A stretch of 64,000 bases of DNA from Dehalococcoidia bacterium (GCA_963665775.2 CAXXTF010000002.1:683255-747254); one strand, 5' to 3'; numbered from the stretch's first letter, positions 16,312 to 27,174 are shown. Notes: generated by a model from the sequence alone, not told the origin. Numbers and translations: made by a program.

Positions 16312-17730
16312 TCAGACCGGCTCGACAGCCTCGGCCGAGCGCCGGAGCGCCGCCACCAGCTCATCGAACACTTCCCGCCGCTGTCCCGACAGCGCCGCAC
16401 CCTTCCGCGCGATGAGGCAGGTGGTGGAGCGAAATAGCAGATCGATCGCCTTAAGTCCGTTCTCTGCCAGTGTCCTGCCGGTCTCCGTGCCCTCGATGAG
16501 GAGCTCCGCGTCCTCGGGCACGTACCCCTCGGAGGCGCCAGCGATGGGGATTATCTGATAGCGCCACAGGTGGCGGCTCCGCGCGTAGTGATCGGCCAGG
16601 CCGGGGTACTCCGAGGCTATCCTTATGGACGTCTTCCCCTGGGAACGCCACAGGTCCAGGGCCTCGCCGATGGTGCTTACTGGAAGCTCCTCGCTCACCA
16701 CCGCCGAAAGGTTGTACTGCCCCCGCTGGAGGTCCTGTATCTCCTCGACGGGACTGGAGGGAAAGCGATACAGGTGCTCCAGCAGGCAATCACGGCCGGT
16801 CACGGCCAGGTCTATCTCCCCCGTGGCCACAAGCTGGGGCATGTCCTGCGGACGGATCACCTTGATCTCCAGCCCGGCCAGAGGACTGACCGGCCGCCGC
16901 TCCGTCCGCGACATGTCGTACCCCTCGAACTCCAGGCCCGCCGCGCTCAGCGCCTCCACCACGTGTCGCTGCTGGTGTCCGTCAGGCAGAGCCATCCGGA
17001 TTACCAACCGCTCCGGCGGCCGTCGAGCCCTTCGCCCGGCAGCGGGAAGCGGAGTCGGTAGGCGGAGGCCGCTGGCACCGGCCCCCTCCGATGCCCCGGC
17101 CACAAGCGGACCCAGAACCGAGCTAAGATCCTTCTTGGCGAGACTGTCGGCGTTGGCGATGAGCCAGGCGGAGCTCTCCAGCAGGCGGAGCAGGGGCACC
17201 AACCCCCGTTCGCGCAATACCCTCTCGTCAGCCACTGCCACCACCACAACATCCGCGTCCTCCGGAGGATAGGCCTCGGCGGCACCCCAGATCGCCTGGA
17301 CCCGATAGGCCGGAAAGCGAGCCGCCGCAGCGAAGGCGTCCGCCAGGTTCGGATAGTCACTGGCCATTCGCACTACCGCAAGTGAGCTCAGGTCAGCGAG
17401 ACCGCTGACGCCCTGGGCACTCGCAGCGTAGATGCCGCAGCGCCCGATCCCCAGGTCTCGGACGCTAACGATCGGCTGCTCCGGAAAGCGGGCACGCATC
17501 TCCGCCACCCAGGCCAGGTTACACACACCCAGGTCGTAGCTGCCAAGGGCCACCTGAACCGGAATGTCCTTCTCCCGGAATACGCGGACCGTCACCTCAT
17601 CCCGATCCGGGAGGCTCAGCCGATAAGAGCGCGAGCCCTCGCCGTAGCCCTCAACATGCAAACCAGCGGCCTCAAGACGTTCCGCCACAGGACCGCGGAT
17701 ATCTCCCGCCGGCAGCGCCAGCTTAATCAC
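16312..17730 (-). CDS. hisG: ATP phosphoribosyltransferase, tandem-duplicated HisG(short) fusion
   Basis: 472 aa, two HisG-like halves. The C-terminal half keeps the PRPP loop (LLIEGTETGRTLAENGL). The N-terminal half has VVVAVADERVLRERGL instead. The GTG start at 17730 overlaps the hisZ stop (GTGATTAA). Confidence 0.85.
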   Translation of the reverse strand: MIKLALPAGDIRGPVAERLEAAGLHVEGYGEGSRSYRLSLPDRDEVTVRVFREKDIPVQVALGSYDLGVCNLAWVAEMRARFPEQPIVSVRDLGIGRCGIYAASAQGVSGLADLSSLAVVRMASDYPNLADAFAAAARFPAYRVQAIWGAAEAYPPEDADVVVVAVADERVLRERGLVPLLRLLESSAWLIANADSLAKKDLSSVLGPLVAGASEGAGASGLRLPTPLPAAGRRARRPPERLVIRMALPDGHQQRHVVEALSAAGLEFEGYDMSRTERRPVSPLAGLEIKVIRPQDMPQLVATGEIDLAVTGRDCLLEHLYRFPSSPVEEIQDLQRGQYNLSAVVSEELPVSTIGEALDLWRSQGKTSIRIASEYPGLADHYARSRHLWRYQIIPIAGASEGYVPEDAELLIEGTETGRTLAENGLKAIDLLFRSTTCLIARKGAALSGQRREVFDELVAALRRSAEAVEPV

Positions 17731-18952
17731 GGCTGGCTTCCGCAATCGCGCGGACCACCTCATCCACGCTCGCCAGGCGCCGGCCCGCGCCACCGTCACC
17801 GCTGAGGGCGAAGCCGTCGGCAGCGGCGACAACCTGCCAGGCCGCCCGGCCATCGCCCGATCCGGCCACCGTTACGCTCCGATCTCCCTCGCGCAGGGCC
17901 GAAGCCAGCCGGAAAGTAGCTACCAGGTCCGCCGTCCCTTCGCTAGCTGGCCGGATGGCAACCTCAAACACACCCTCAGACCCCTCTCCAGGCAGCAATT
18001 CCATCAGTAGATCGACCTCCAGGGCGAACCCGGAGGCCGGCCTGCTCAGATCCCCCACCAGCGAGATCAGGGCATCATAGCGACCACCACCCCCCACTGT
18101 GCGCTCCCCCACAAGGAAGTGAAACACGGGGCCCGTGTAGTACTCGAAGTCACGTACCAGGGCCGGCGATATGCGAGGGCGATGGCCGCTGTCTGTCAGA
18201 ATCGTAACCACCGCCGTCAGCTCATCCAGCGGCTTCTCCATCTCGGGTATCGTGGGCAGCAGCGCGCTGCGCAAGTTGTTCAGGTAGGGCACTCCTTCCC
18301 CCTCCGAGGCGAGAAGCGCCCGCAAGGATACGCCTGTATCCGGCAACCGCTCCTGTATCTCGTCCAGGGCAGCGATATCGCCGTCCAGAATGCGACCAGA
18401 GAGGGCGAGCTGCTCCGCCACTTCGAAGCCAGCGCGGGCCAGTACGGCGCGAAGGATTCCCGGATCCGATAGCCTGAGTTCGGGCTCCAACCCCAGCCGG
18501 CGCAGCGTCTCGCAGCCCATCAGGATCAGCTCCACGTCACCCTCCGGCTCCGTATCGCCGATGAGCTCCACGCCGCACTGGCTCCCCTCTCGCGACTCGT
18601 CGCCCTGGGCAAACCGAAACACATTCTGGGTGTAGAACAGCTTGGCCCATCTCGCTTCCTGCATCGCCTCGACGTACAGGCGGGCGGTCGGGATCGTTGA
18701 ATCCGGCCGCAGTACCACGCGTTCGCCGCTCCAGCCGTCCCAGTCCAGGAACGAATACACCCGTCCCAGCGTCTGGGGCGAAAGCGTTCCGGCGGACGTG
18801 AACAGGTGCAACTGCTCAATGGTGGGCGTACGCACCTCGTCGTACCCCCAGCCCTGGCAGACCTCTCGAAAGGCCTCCTCTATCCGGCGAAAACGCCTCA
18901 TCTCCGGCGGCAACATGTCCCGCATGCCCCGGCAGCGCATAGAACGGTTCAT
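17723..18952 (-). CDS. hisZ: ATP phosphoribosyltransferase regulatory subunit (HisRS paralogue)
   Basis: GMRDMLPPE, GYDEVRTPTIE, RLYVE, QCGVELIG, GGGRYD. ATG 18952 sits 10 nt from an AGGAG, whereas ATG 18961 abuts the SD. Confidence 0.85.
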   Translation of the reverse strand: MNRSMRCRGMRDMLPPEMRRFRRIEEAFREVCQGWGYDEVRTPTIEQLHLFTSAGTLSPQTLGRVYSFLDWDGWSGERVVLRPDSTIPTARLYVEAMQEARWAKLFYTQNVFRFAQGDESREGSQCGVELIGDTEPEGDVELILMGCETLRRLGLEPELRLSDPGILRAVLARAGFEVAEQLALSGRILDGDIAALDEIQERLPDTGVSLRALLASEGEGVPYLNNLRSALLPTIPEMEKPLDELTAVVTILTDSGHRPRISPALVRDFEYYTGPVFHFLVGERTVGGGGRYDALISLVGDLSRPASGFALEVDLLMELLPGEGSEGVFEVAIRPASEGTADLVATFRLASALREGDRSVTVAGSGDGRAAWQVVAAADGFALSGDGGAGRRLASVDEVVRAIAEASRD

Positions 18953-18979
18953 ACCTTTCATCTCCTGAGGGATGTGGTC

Positions 18980-19008
18980 ATTCTAGCACCGGCCGCACCC
19001 CCATTCAA
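18980..19008 (-). promoter_or_regulatory. Putative his operon promoter (TTGAAT-17 nt-TAGAAT on the minus strand)
   Basis: Reverse complement of 19003-19008 is TTGAAT and of 18980-18985 is TAGAAT. Leaves a short leader carrying the hisZ SD. No attenuator or T-box is visible. Confidence 0.45.
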
Positions 19009-19120
19009 CGAATGCCAGCCAGCGCGGCAAGCAGACCCACGCTGTACAGTACCGATGCGGCGGGCGGATGTATACTATAAGACAGTTCATACAGGAGTGT
19101 ATCCACGGCATGCATTCACG

Positions 19121-20494
19121 ATGCCCTGCATAGGCTACTTCCGCCGCCGCCATCGATCTAGGTTCCGGCCAGGTTTGATCCTGGGCCTCCTCGGCGTTAT
19201 CCTCGGCGCTTTCGCCTTCGCCTGCGCCAGCGGGATCAGCGCCGCTCCCGGCGCCGTCCACGTCCTCACCGCCAACGGAGCCGTCGGGCCGGTCATGGAT
19301 CGCTACATCGACCGCGGGATAGACGCGGCCGAGGATAACGCCGCCAATGCGGTAGTGATCCGTCTGAACACACCCGGCGGCCTCTCCACCTCCACGGACA
19401 GCATCGATCGGCGCATCCTGAACGCCAGGGTACCGGTGATCGTATACGTCTGGCCACCGGGAGGACAGGCCGCTTCCGCCGGGACGTTCATCACATACGC
19501 CAGCCACGTGGCCGCCATGGCCCCCGGCACGGTCATCGGATCCGCCACGCCAATAGACTCCGGCGGCGGCGACATCGAGGGTGACCTGGGCAACAAGGTC
19601 TTGGAGAACGCCGTGGCCAAGATCCGCGCCCTGGCCGACCTCCGGGGCCGCAACGCCGACTGGGCTGAGTCCGCGGTGCGGGACGGCGTATCAGTGGAGC
19701 AGAACACCGCTCTGGAGCTAAACGTCATCGATCTGATCGCGGAGGACCTCGAGGACCTGCTCGCCTCCGTAGACGGACGCACGGTGGAGCTGGAGGGAGG
19801 GTTGGTCGCCACCCTGCAGACCGCTGGCGCCGAAGTCGTCTTCAACGATCGCAACTTCATCGAGGACCTCCTGAACATCATCGCCGACCCCAACATCGCC
19901 TTCTTGCTGCTCTCCCTGGGCTCACTTGCCCTGTTCATCGAGATCATCAACCCTGGCGCGATATTCCCCGGCGTCTTTGGGGTCATCGCCATGATCCTGG
20001 GCTTCTTCGCCCTCAGCGTCCTCCCCTTCAATTGGGCCGGCGTAGCGCTGATCCTGATCGCCTTCATCCTCTTCGGCCTGGAGGTGTTCGTGACCAGCGG
20101 CGGCGTATTGGGCGTTGGCGGCGTCGTCGCCCTCATTCTGGGCGGCCTATTCCTTACCAGTAACAACCCTCCCGAGTTCCAGACCTCTCGCTGGCTGGTA
20201 TTCGGCCTGGGAGCCGCCCTGGGTGTCTTCGTCCTGTTCGTGATCGTGAACGTCGTCCGGATTCGTCGGATGCCGCCACAGGTAGGAAAGGAGACCCTCA
20301 TCGGGCAGGAAGCGGTCGTGCGCTCGACCCTCGACCCTAGCGGCTCCGTACTCATGGACGGGGAGGTCTGGTCCGCCGAAGGACAGGACGACCCTATCCA
20401 GCCCGGCGAGCACGTGATTGTCACAGCGATTAATGGGCTTAGACTGAAGGTCAAGCGACTTCAGGAAAGGAGTGACACGAATGGCGACACCTAG
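19121..20494 (+). CDS. NfeD-family membrane-bound serine protease (ClpP-class, long form)
   Basis: [20 protein letters not shown], several TM helices and a C-terminal OB domain (GEVWSAE...[13 protein letters not shown]). Paired with the SPFH gene. Confidence 0.85.
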   Translation: MPCIGYFRRRHRSRFRPGLILGLLGVILGAFAFACASGISAAPGAVHVLTANGAVGPVMDRYIDRGIDAAEDNAANAVVIRLNTPGGLSTSTDSIDRRILNARVPVIVYVWPPGGQAASAGTFITYASHVAAMAPGTVIGSATPIDSGGGDIEGDLGNKVLENAVAKIRALADLRGRNADWAESAVRDGVSVEQNTALELNVIDLIAEDLEDLLASVDGRTVELEGGLVATLQTAGAEVVFNDRNFIEDLLNIIADPNIAFLLLSLGSLALFIEIINPGAIFPGVFGVIAMILGFFALSVLPFNWAGVALILIAFILFGLEVFVTSGGVLGVGGVVALILGGLFLTSNNPPEFQTSRWLVFGLGAALGVFVLFVIVNVVRIRRMPPQVGKETLIGQEAVVRSTLDPSGSVLMDGEVWSAEGQDDPIQPGEHVIVTAINGLRLKVKRLQERSDTNGDT

Positions 20495-21317
20495 TCCCGC
20501 ACCTAGTCCCTCAAGAGGCAGCGTGTTTCGCTGGCTGATGCTGCTGCCCGTTCTCCCGTTTGCCGTCAAGATCGTTCAGGAGTACGAGCGCGGCGTCATC
20601 TTCCGCCTCGGCCGCCTGGTGGGAGCCTGGGGACCGGGTCTCTTCCTGATCATCCCCGTAATGGAGCGGATGGTGGTCGTGGACCTGCGCGTAGTCACCA
20701 TGGACGTCCCCCGCCAGGATGCGATCACCCGTGACAACGTCACCGTCAGGGTGGACGCCGTAGTCTACTTCCGCGTCGTCGACCCGGAGGCTGCCGTGAC
20801 CAAGGTCGCGGACTACATTCGCGCCACCTCGCTCATCGCCCAGACCTCCCTGCGCAACGTCATCGGCCAGTCTGAGCTGGACGAGCTCCTGAGCCGCCGC
20901 GAGGAGGTGAACCAGCGCCTGCAACAGATCATCGACGAGGCGACCGAGCCCTGGGGCATTAAGGTTACCTCCACGGAAGTACGGGACGTCAGCCTGGCCT
21001 CGGAGATGGTCCGGGCCATGGCTCGCCAGGCCGAGGTAGAGCGGGAACGCCGGGCCAAGATTATCCACGCCGAGGGCGAGTTCCAGGCCGCCGCGAAGCT
21101 GGTCGAGGCCGGCAACGTGATGGCCGCCTCCCCCGCCAGCATGCAGCTCCGCTACCTCCAGACCCTCACCGAGATGGCGGGGAACGGGAACACCACTGTG
21201 ATCCCGTTCCCAATCGACATCGTCACCAAGCTGGCGAGCGCTCTCACGACCGGTCAGACTCCCACCACCGACCAAGGCGACGGCTCAGCCCAGGAGGAGA
21301 ATAAGCAGAGCGAGTGA
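20481..21317 (+). CDS. SPFH/band-7 (stomatin-like) protein
   Basis: [67 protein letters not shown] before ATG 20481, which overlaps the nfeD end. Confidence 0.9.
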   Translation: MATPSPAPSPSRGSVFRWLMLLPVLPFAVKIVQEYERGVIFRLGRLVGAWGPGLFLIIPVMERMVVVDLRVVTMDVPRQDAITRDNVTVRVDAVVYFRVVDPEAAVTKVADYIRATSLIAQTSLRNVIGQSELDELLSRREEVNQRLQQIIDEATEPWGIKVTSTEVRDVSLASEMVRAMARQAEVERERRAKIIHAEGEFQAAAKLVEAGNVMAASPASMQLRYLQTLTEMAGNGNTTVIPFPIDIVTKLASALTTGQTPTTDQGDGSAQEENKQSE

Positions 21318-21386
21318 GCCTCGTCGCAATCGCAGCCCCTTCTCGCATCGGAGTACAGTGCAGATAGGCTAGGAGGACATTGCCGT

Positions 21387-22265
21387 CTAGGGCGCCAAAC
21401 GGCTGTCGGGCGCGGAGGCGGTGCGCGGCCGCGATTCCGGCATCTGCGCCTCAGCCGCCGCTGCCGGCTCCGAGCTGAGCGCCCCGTCCGGGGCGTACTC
21501 CGGCCGCCTGGCGATGAGGTACCCACCGGCGACACTGGCGATAAGGAGGGACTCTAGAATCGTCGCCCCGCCGATGAGTAGCGTGATATCCCGCCAGAAA
21601 GACTCCGGGTACATCTGGATCAGGTGATCGGTAGTGGGGTTCAGCCGCCAGAAGTCGTTGCTGAAGGCCAGGAAATGGAACTGGTTCCAGGCCGCATCGA
21701 ACCCCGTCAGGGCGACGATACCGGCTAGGCCGATGAGGCCCACGGTCAGCAGCGATCCGGATAGAGCAGCCGCGGCGAGGGCACGGACCGGCCACCGCAC
21801 GAGCATCGCCACCGCCAGCGTCAGCACCGCCGCGATGGCGACGGTCTGGATCGTGAACAGGGCACGGAACAGGTCACGCACATCGGCCAGATGTGCGGTC
21901 TCACGGGCGTTGAAGAGAGACTCCACCCGGCCCCTGCTGTCCCGGACCTCGATCAACAGCGGACCGGCATCACCAGCGCTGAAATAGGCCAGCAGCTCAC
22001 TGTTGGCTCGCAGTAGTTCGGACTCGGGGATACCGGAGACGGCCGCAGCATCGTACTCGCGGACGGCGTAGTCGTAGACCCGCTGCTCTGAGGCGGCGAA
22101 GCGGATGTTCGTCGTGATCAGAGCGACGGGTATCGCCAGAACGAGCAACCCTACAGCTAGGGAACGAACGAGGCCCAATCCCACCTCCCCCTGGACTAGC
22201 CAATTACTGAACCTGACCTCACGGCTCCTCCCTCCATCGTAGGTAGAGCGGTTCAAGATTGTCAA
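21387..22265 (-). CDS. TIGR01906/DUF1461 integral membrane protein (Lit-like)
   Basis: 292 aa, 4-5 TM helices. FNARETAHLADVRDLF and WNQFHFLAFSNDFW motifs recalled from this family. Confidence 0.65.
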   Translation of the reverse strand: MTILNRSTYDGGRSREVRFSNWLVQGEVGLGLVRSLAVGLLVLAIPVALITTNIRFAASEQRVYDYAVREYDAAAVSGIPESELLRANSELLAYFSAGDAGPLLIEVRDSRGRVESLFNARETAHLADVRDLFRALFTIQTVAIAAVLTLAVAMLVRWPVRALAAAALSGSLLTVGLIGLAGIVALTGFDAAWNQFHFLAFSNDFWRLNPTTDHLIQMYPESFWRDITLLIGGATILESLLIASVAGGYLIARRPEYAPDGALSSEPAAAAEAQMPESRPRTASAPDSRLAP

Positions 22266-22320
22266 CGCTCTTGGCGACCGGTTATCATGCGTTAGAGTAG
22301 TTTCCCGAAAGGACGTTCCA

Positions 22321-23094
22321 ATGCCCCCTACGAAGAGAGATCTGCGTACGATCGGCGGGCTGCGACGGCTGGTCGCTACCCTGAGGGATCCCGACGGCTG
22401 CCCCTGGGACCGAGTCCAGACTCACCAGTCACTGAGGCCTTACCTGATGGAAGAGGCCAGCGAGACGCTGGCCGCCCTCGACGAAGGCGCCTCAGACCGG
22501 CTCTGCGAGGAGCTGGGCGACCTGTTGCTGCAGGTCCTGATGCACGTGCAGATCGCCGAGGAGATGGGAGAGTTCCACTTGGAGGATGTCGTGCAGGGCA
22601 TCTCCGACAAGTTGGTACGGCGCCACCCCCACGTGTTCGGCGAGGCCGTGGCGGAAACCCCGGAGGCAGTGGTGAACCAGTGGGAGGAGCTGAAGCGGGA
22701 GGAGCGCGGCGACGCCTCGGCGCTGACAGGGGTGCCGGAGACGCTTCCCGCCTTGGCCTTCGCCCAGGCGATCCAGCGGCGGGCGGAGCGCGCCGGATTC
22801 GCCTGGGAATCCGTCGCGCAAGCCTGGGAGGCCCTGGAAGAGGAGCTGGCCGAGGTGAGGGGTGCGCAGACGGCGGCGGAACGGCAGGCGGAAGTGGGCG
22901 ACGCCCTGTTCGCGCTGGCTAACGTCGCTCGCTGGCTGGAAGCCGATGCCGAGGAGGCGCTGCGATCGACCTGTCGCGGCTTCCGGCGGCTGTTCCAGCG
23001 AGTCGAGGAGACGGCAAGGGAGCAGGGACGAGACTTGAGGGAGATGGAGATGGGGGAAAAGCTTACGCTATGGGACGACGCCAAGACGGCGTAG
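22321..23094 (+). CDS. mazG: Nucleoside triphosphate pyrophosphohydrolase MazG
   Basis: CPWDR.QTH.SL..YL.EE..E and ELGDLLLQV, with a second MazG repeat (EELAEV...EVGDALFALAN). Confidence 0.9.
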   Translation: MPPTKRDLRTIGGLRRLVATLRDPDGCPWDRVQTHQSLRPYLMEEASETLAALDEGASDRLCEELGDLLLQVLMHVQIAEEMGEFHLEDVVQGISDKLVRRHPHVFGEAVAETPEAVVNQWEELKREERGDASALTGVPETLPALAFAQAIQRRAERAGFAWESVAQAWEALEEELAEVRGAQTAAERQAEVGDALFALANVARWLEADAEEALRSTCRGFRRLFQRVEETAREQGRDLREMEMGEKLTLWDDAKTA

Positions 23095-23179
23095 TTCTGA
23101 TGACGGATAAGCCGCTCTCTCAGGCTGGACACCCTGTGATATCCTGTGAGCATCGATCTATGGCTAGAGATACTAAAAA

Positions 23180-23773
23180 TTGGAGGGCCTCTTGAGCCAG
23201 CAGAAACAGAGCGTCGTCACGCCGGAGCGGTTTGCCTCAGGGTTGACCTGGCAGCAGTTCCTGGCCCACATCCAGCGCAATAAGGAGAAATTCGAGAACA
23301 ACTACCGGGACGCGGAGCTGCCGGAGGATGACATCGCCGCCTTGGGAGCGCTAGTGACCTTGCCTAATGGGCCGGCCAAGGCGTTGGCCCTGGGCGAGGA
23401 CTGGTGTCCGGATGTGTTTCGGGGCCTACCGGTCATGGCCCGCATCGCCGAGGCGGCGGGTATTGACCTGCGCATCTTCCCTCGCGACGCCAACCTGGAC
23501 ATCATGAACGAATTCCTCAAACATGGGGAGCACCAGTCGATTCCCACCTTCGTCTTCTACACTCGTGACCACGACTACATCACCCACTGGATCGACCGGC
23601 CGGCTCTGGCCGACGAGCAGATGGAGGAGATGAGGAAGCTGTTTGAAGGTCGCACCCGAGATGAGGCCGCGCCGCTGTACGACGAGTTCCAGCGGGGGCC
23701 CATCTGGGCTGGTTGGCGAACCGAGACCGTGCGGGAGCTGCGCCGGCTATTGGCGGAGAACCTCCGAAGCTAG
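23180..23773 (+). CDS. Thioredoxin-fold family protein (single-Cys WCPD type)
   Basis: 197 aa. LGEDWCPDV...IPTFVFY pattern of a thioredoxin-like fold. Start is TTG 23180 or TTG 23192 (after GGAGGG). Confidence 0.65.
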   Translation: MEGLLSQQKQSVVTPERFASGLTWQQFLAHIQRNKEKFENNYRDAELPEDDIAALGALVTLPNGPAKALALGEDWCPDVFRGLPVMARIAEAAGIDLRIFPRDANLDIMNEFLKHGEHQSIPTFVFYTRDHDYITHWIDRPALADEQMEEMRKLFEGRTRDEAAPLYDEFQRGPIWAGWRTETVRELRRLLAENLRS

Positions 23774-23845
23774 CTCACCGATAGCCACGGAAATCGGAGC
23801 CGCGCCCCACCGCCTGACGCTCCCGCAATCGCACCGGAGAAAGCG

Positions 23846-23878
23846 GCGAGAGGCAGCCCGCCCCTGACTGCCTCTCGC
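23846..23878 (+). terminator. 11-bp perfect stem-loop downstream of the thioredoxin-like gene (no U-tract)
   Basis: GCGAGAGGCAG (23846-23856) pairs with CTGCCTCTCGC (23868-23878), with an 11-nt loop. No T-run follows, so terminator function is uncertain. Confidence 0.3.
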
Positions 23879-24255
23879 TATCCCACTCCCGTGAGCGGGA
23901 CCAGAAGGAGGTTGCCCGTAGTTATCAGATTCGTAAAGTATAACGCCTAGCGCCCAAGAAAAGTTAACTAAGTGGTAATGCGCATTGGCGTTTGCTCATT
24001 CGCGAAACGACCGTTTCCCTCAAGCCAAGCAAAACGCGAGCAGCAGGAACAACGTTTCGGCTCACCCTTCAGAGCGATACCCATACGAACAGACGTATAA
24101 TGATTACGGTAAGATCTACCTGGAAGGCGCTCCCTCAGCCCCTCGCGGTCCTAGAGCATACGGCTGACCCGAAGATCTCCCGCAAGGTGGCGCGGATGCG
24201 GCCCATCAGGTTGGTGAAGGGATAGACCCTCTTCACAGGCAGAAGGTGGTGTGAG

Positions 24256-25014
24256 ATGCGTCAGAGAGTCTTCATACTGAGCGGCCTGACGGCCGGGCTC
24301 GCCGTCGCCGTGGTCGCGATGGCAATCCTCATCTTCGGCAGCGGTGGCAACGAGGGGGCGTACCGTCAAGCGGTGCGACCCCTTCTCCAGGAGTGGCAGA
24401 GCAGCATCGGCCTCACCACCCTTAACTGTAGCGGCACCGACGCCGAACCCGCTACCGGTCAAGATGTCGAGACGCTGGCCGGCACCGGCATCAACCTATC
24501 CCTAATCTACAGTCAAGTTCAGGCCCTGGAGACGCCCGATCGCTATCAGGACGGCGTCGACGCTATGGCGGCAGTTTCGGCCGAGCTGGAAGCGATCGAC
24601 GTCGATCGCGGTGAGCTGGCGCTGGCCCTACAAGGGATCGCCCTCTTCGACCTTGATCTGGCGCTCGCCGACCTGTCGCCGACGCCCGAGAACCAGAGCT
24701 GGTTCCTCCGCGCCGTCGGCACCTTCGAAACCTGGGGGACCGACTTTCAGAACTGGTCCGATTTCATCGACTGCACCCTCGCGGCGGAGCCGGAGCGGGT
24801 GGACGAGTTGAGCGACTACATGGGCCAGCTAGAGATTTCCGCGGAGCAGATGCGACGGCTCCAATCGGATGGCCCCCAGGAGATGCAGCAGGCGTTCGCC
24901 CCTTTCTTGAACGGCGTCGACGTCACCACCAAGATCTTCGCTAGGCTATCGCGGGCCCTCGAGCATCAGGTGGAGGTGGAGCGGGTGTTCGCCGACGTCA
25001 TCGCGGAGCCGTAA
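24256..25014 (+). CDS. Hypothetical membrane-anchored acidic protein
   Basis: 252 aa. AGAAGGTGG RBS. One N-terminal TM helix, then a soluble acidic domain. No motif recognised. Confidence 0.55.
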   Translation: MRQRVFILSGLTAGLAVAVVAMAILIFGSGGNEGAYRQAVRPLLQEWQSSIGLTTLNCSGTDAEPATGQDVETLAGTGINLSLIYSQVQALETPDRYQDGVDAMAAVSAELEAIDVDRGELALALQGIALFDLDLALADLSPTPENQSWFLRAVGTFETWGTDFQNWSDFIDCTLAAEPERVDELSDYMGQLEISAEQMRRLQSDGPQEMQQAFAPFLNGVDVTTKIFARLSRALEHQVEVERVFADVIAEP

Positions 25015-25332
25015 GTGAGGCCAGCGGCGCTCTCCTGACTCCGCAGGGGGACGCCCAGCCGCTACCGGCGCGACGACGCTCCGCTCGAAAAGTCAAATCG
25101 CGGCCGGGAAATCCCCTTTGCAGGCCTGAAACAGCCCCGGGCTGTAGCAAGGTCGGGCACTACCGCGTCTAGTACTTTAGAGGTCTGATCTTTCCGTGCC
25201 CCCTGGATAGCGGAAGGTACTAGTTGAAACTGCGCGCTGGACCTCCTAGCTAAGACCGTTCCGCAGTTTATGGTGCTCGATGGCCACACTAGAGACGAGA
25301 AGTCATATACGACAGGTAAGGTCGTGAGACCG

Positions 25333-27174
25333 ATGCTGCGTGCAGTTATCGTACTTGGACTGATGGTGGGTTTGATGGCCACCGCCTTGACTACCCTCCC
25401 CACCTCTCCAACCGTGGCACAAGGGCCGGAAGGCATCTCCCTGGCTCTCATTATCGACAACTCCGGCAGTATGGCCAACACTGATCCAGGCAACCTGCGC
25501 TTTGCGGCGGCAAGTCAGCTGATAGACCTCCTTCAGAGCGGAGACGAGATCACCGTAATAACCTTCGCCGATCAGAGCACGGTGCTGATACCACTGACCA
25601 AGGTCACTGATGACGGGAGCAAGACCCTCATCAAAGAGGGGCTGACGCCGGCCGCCCCCAGCGGCAACACGAACATGGGCCCCGGCTTGCAGGACGGGTT
25701 GGCTCAACTCGAACAGGGCTCCAATACCATTCGGTTCGCCATTTTCCTGACCGATGGCCAGCTGAATCCGCCCGGCTGGAACAGCTTCTCCCCTGAGGAA
25801 CAAGATGCGGAGCGCAACTCGGTTCTCGAACTGGCGTCGCGTTTCGCCGAGGCCGAATCGACGCTGTTCACCGTCTCCCTCGCCACGACCGCCGAGCCGG
25901 AGTTTCTGCAAACGTTGGCGGGCAACGGCGGCGGCCTCTACCGAGAGGCCCCAGAGGCCGGGCGCCTGACCCTCGTCTTCCAGGAGATCTTCGCCGCCGA
26001 AAAGCTTGACGAGTTCGAGGTCCTGTTCGACGATTGCTTGGCGCCGGGCGAGCAGCGCGTCGTCAGCTTCTCGGTCCATCAGTTCTTGGACACCCTGTCC
26101 CTCTTCGTAACCTATGCAGATGATCCCCGGCCCGCGGTCACGGTGGTCAGACCGGACGGCGCTCCTCAAGCACCAGCTGGCGGGGACAGCCGCTATGACG
26201 CCTTCAACATCGACGCCCCCATGGCAGGAACCTGGACGGTAACGGTGGTAGGGGCAGCCCAGGGAGAGTCGTGTATAACCATCTCATCCACTCCGCGTGC
26301 CCTGGTGGAGGTGGAGTGGATACTGCCAACGGCGTCACACCGGCAGGCGTCCGGCGAGCCGCTTCAAGTGACGGTGGCCCTGAAAGTGCGCGATCCGGAG
26401 ACCGGTGAAGAGAGGCCGCTCGAGGACGCCGACGTCTCCGTCACCGTCACCGGACCGGACGACCAACCCCTCCAGGGCGACCTACAACACACCGGCGCTG
26501 GCCAGTATGAGGGAGAAGTGCCTATTAGCAACGTTGAAGGAGAGTACAGCATCGGTTTGCTGGTGCAGGCGGGAGACCTCGTCGTGGCGCGTCGCATCCT
26601 AGAAGTAGCCATATCCATCGCCGCGCCTGCGGTTCCATCGCCGACAGCGGTACCCGTAGCGACTCCACAGCCAACGGACAAACCTCCTGTCGCTCTGGTC
26701 GAGCCGGATACAGGCGGCGGCGGACTGCCTCTGACCTTGCTATTCCTTGCCCCTCTCTCTGTTATCGGAATAGCTGTCTCTGCCGGTGCGTATAATCGGT
26801 TCGGGCAGCCGGTACTGCGCGGGTTCATCGTGTCCATACAGGGTGGTCGCGTCTACGAGCTGGAAACTTTACACAGGCGTATGCGGTGGCGGAAACCGCT
26901 GACCATGGGCGGGCCGCAAGACGACATCGACCTGGGTGCGGGGAAGTGTCTTGCCAGAGTCATCCCCCAGAAGAACGGCGAGCCCCTGCTCGAGGTGCTA
27001 TCCGATGGCGATGATGTGGCCGTGAACAATCGTCGCCTGCAGCCAGGCCAACGGTGGCGGCTCCTCGACCAGAGCGAAATGAGGCTCGGGAGCGTCGATC
27101 TGGTCTATCATTGGCATCTGGACGCTGGGTCCCTGCGACCTCAAGGCATCCCAAACCGGCCCGTCATCTCGTAG
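25333..27174 (+). CDS. vWA-domain membrane protein with C-terminal cytoplasmic FHA-like domain
   Basis: Signal peptide, MIDAS motif DNSGSM...T...D, beta-rich middle region, TM helix (LPLTLLFLAPLSVIGIAVSAGAY), then about 110 aa with FHA-like topology (degenerate). Confidence 0.8.
   Translation: MLRAVIVLGLMVGLMATALTTLPTSPTVAQGPEGISLALIIDNSGSMANTDPGNLRFAAASQLIDLLQSGDEITVITFADQSTVLIPLTKVTDDGSKTLIKEGLTPAAPSGNTNMGPGLQDGLAQLEQGSNTIRFAIFLTDGQLNPPGWNSFSPEEQDAERNSVLELASRFAEAESTLFTVSLATTAEPEFLQTLAGNGGGLYREAPEAGRLTLVFQEIFAAEKLDEFEVLFDDCLAPGEQRVVSFSVHQFLDTLSLFVTYADDPRPAVTVVRPDGAPQAPAGGDSRYDAFNIDAPMAGTWTVTVVGAAQGESCITISSTPRALVEVEWILPTASHRQASGEPLQVTVALKVRDPETGEERPLEDADVSVTVTGPDDQPLQGDLQHTGAGQYEGEVPISNVEGEYSIGLLVQAGDLVVARRILEVAISIAAPAVPSPTAVPVATPQPTDKPPVALVEPDTGGGGLPLTLLFLAPLSVIGIAVSAGAYNRFGQPVLRGFIVSIQGGRVYELETLHRRMRWRKPLTMGGPQDDIDLGAGKCLARVIPQKNGEPLLEVLSDGDDVAVNNRRLQPGQRWRLLDQSEMRLGSVDLVYHWHLDAGSLRPQGIPNRPVIS

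Noticed and set aside
23985-24225. Two overlapping plus-strand ORFs (60 and 77 aa) in the AT-richer gap
   Set aside because: They have no RBS and an unusual composition (many rare A/T-ending codons). They overlap each other in different frames and show no motif. Treated as non-coding, and the gap itself is reported as a finding.
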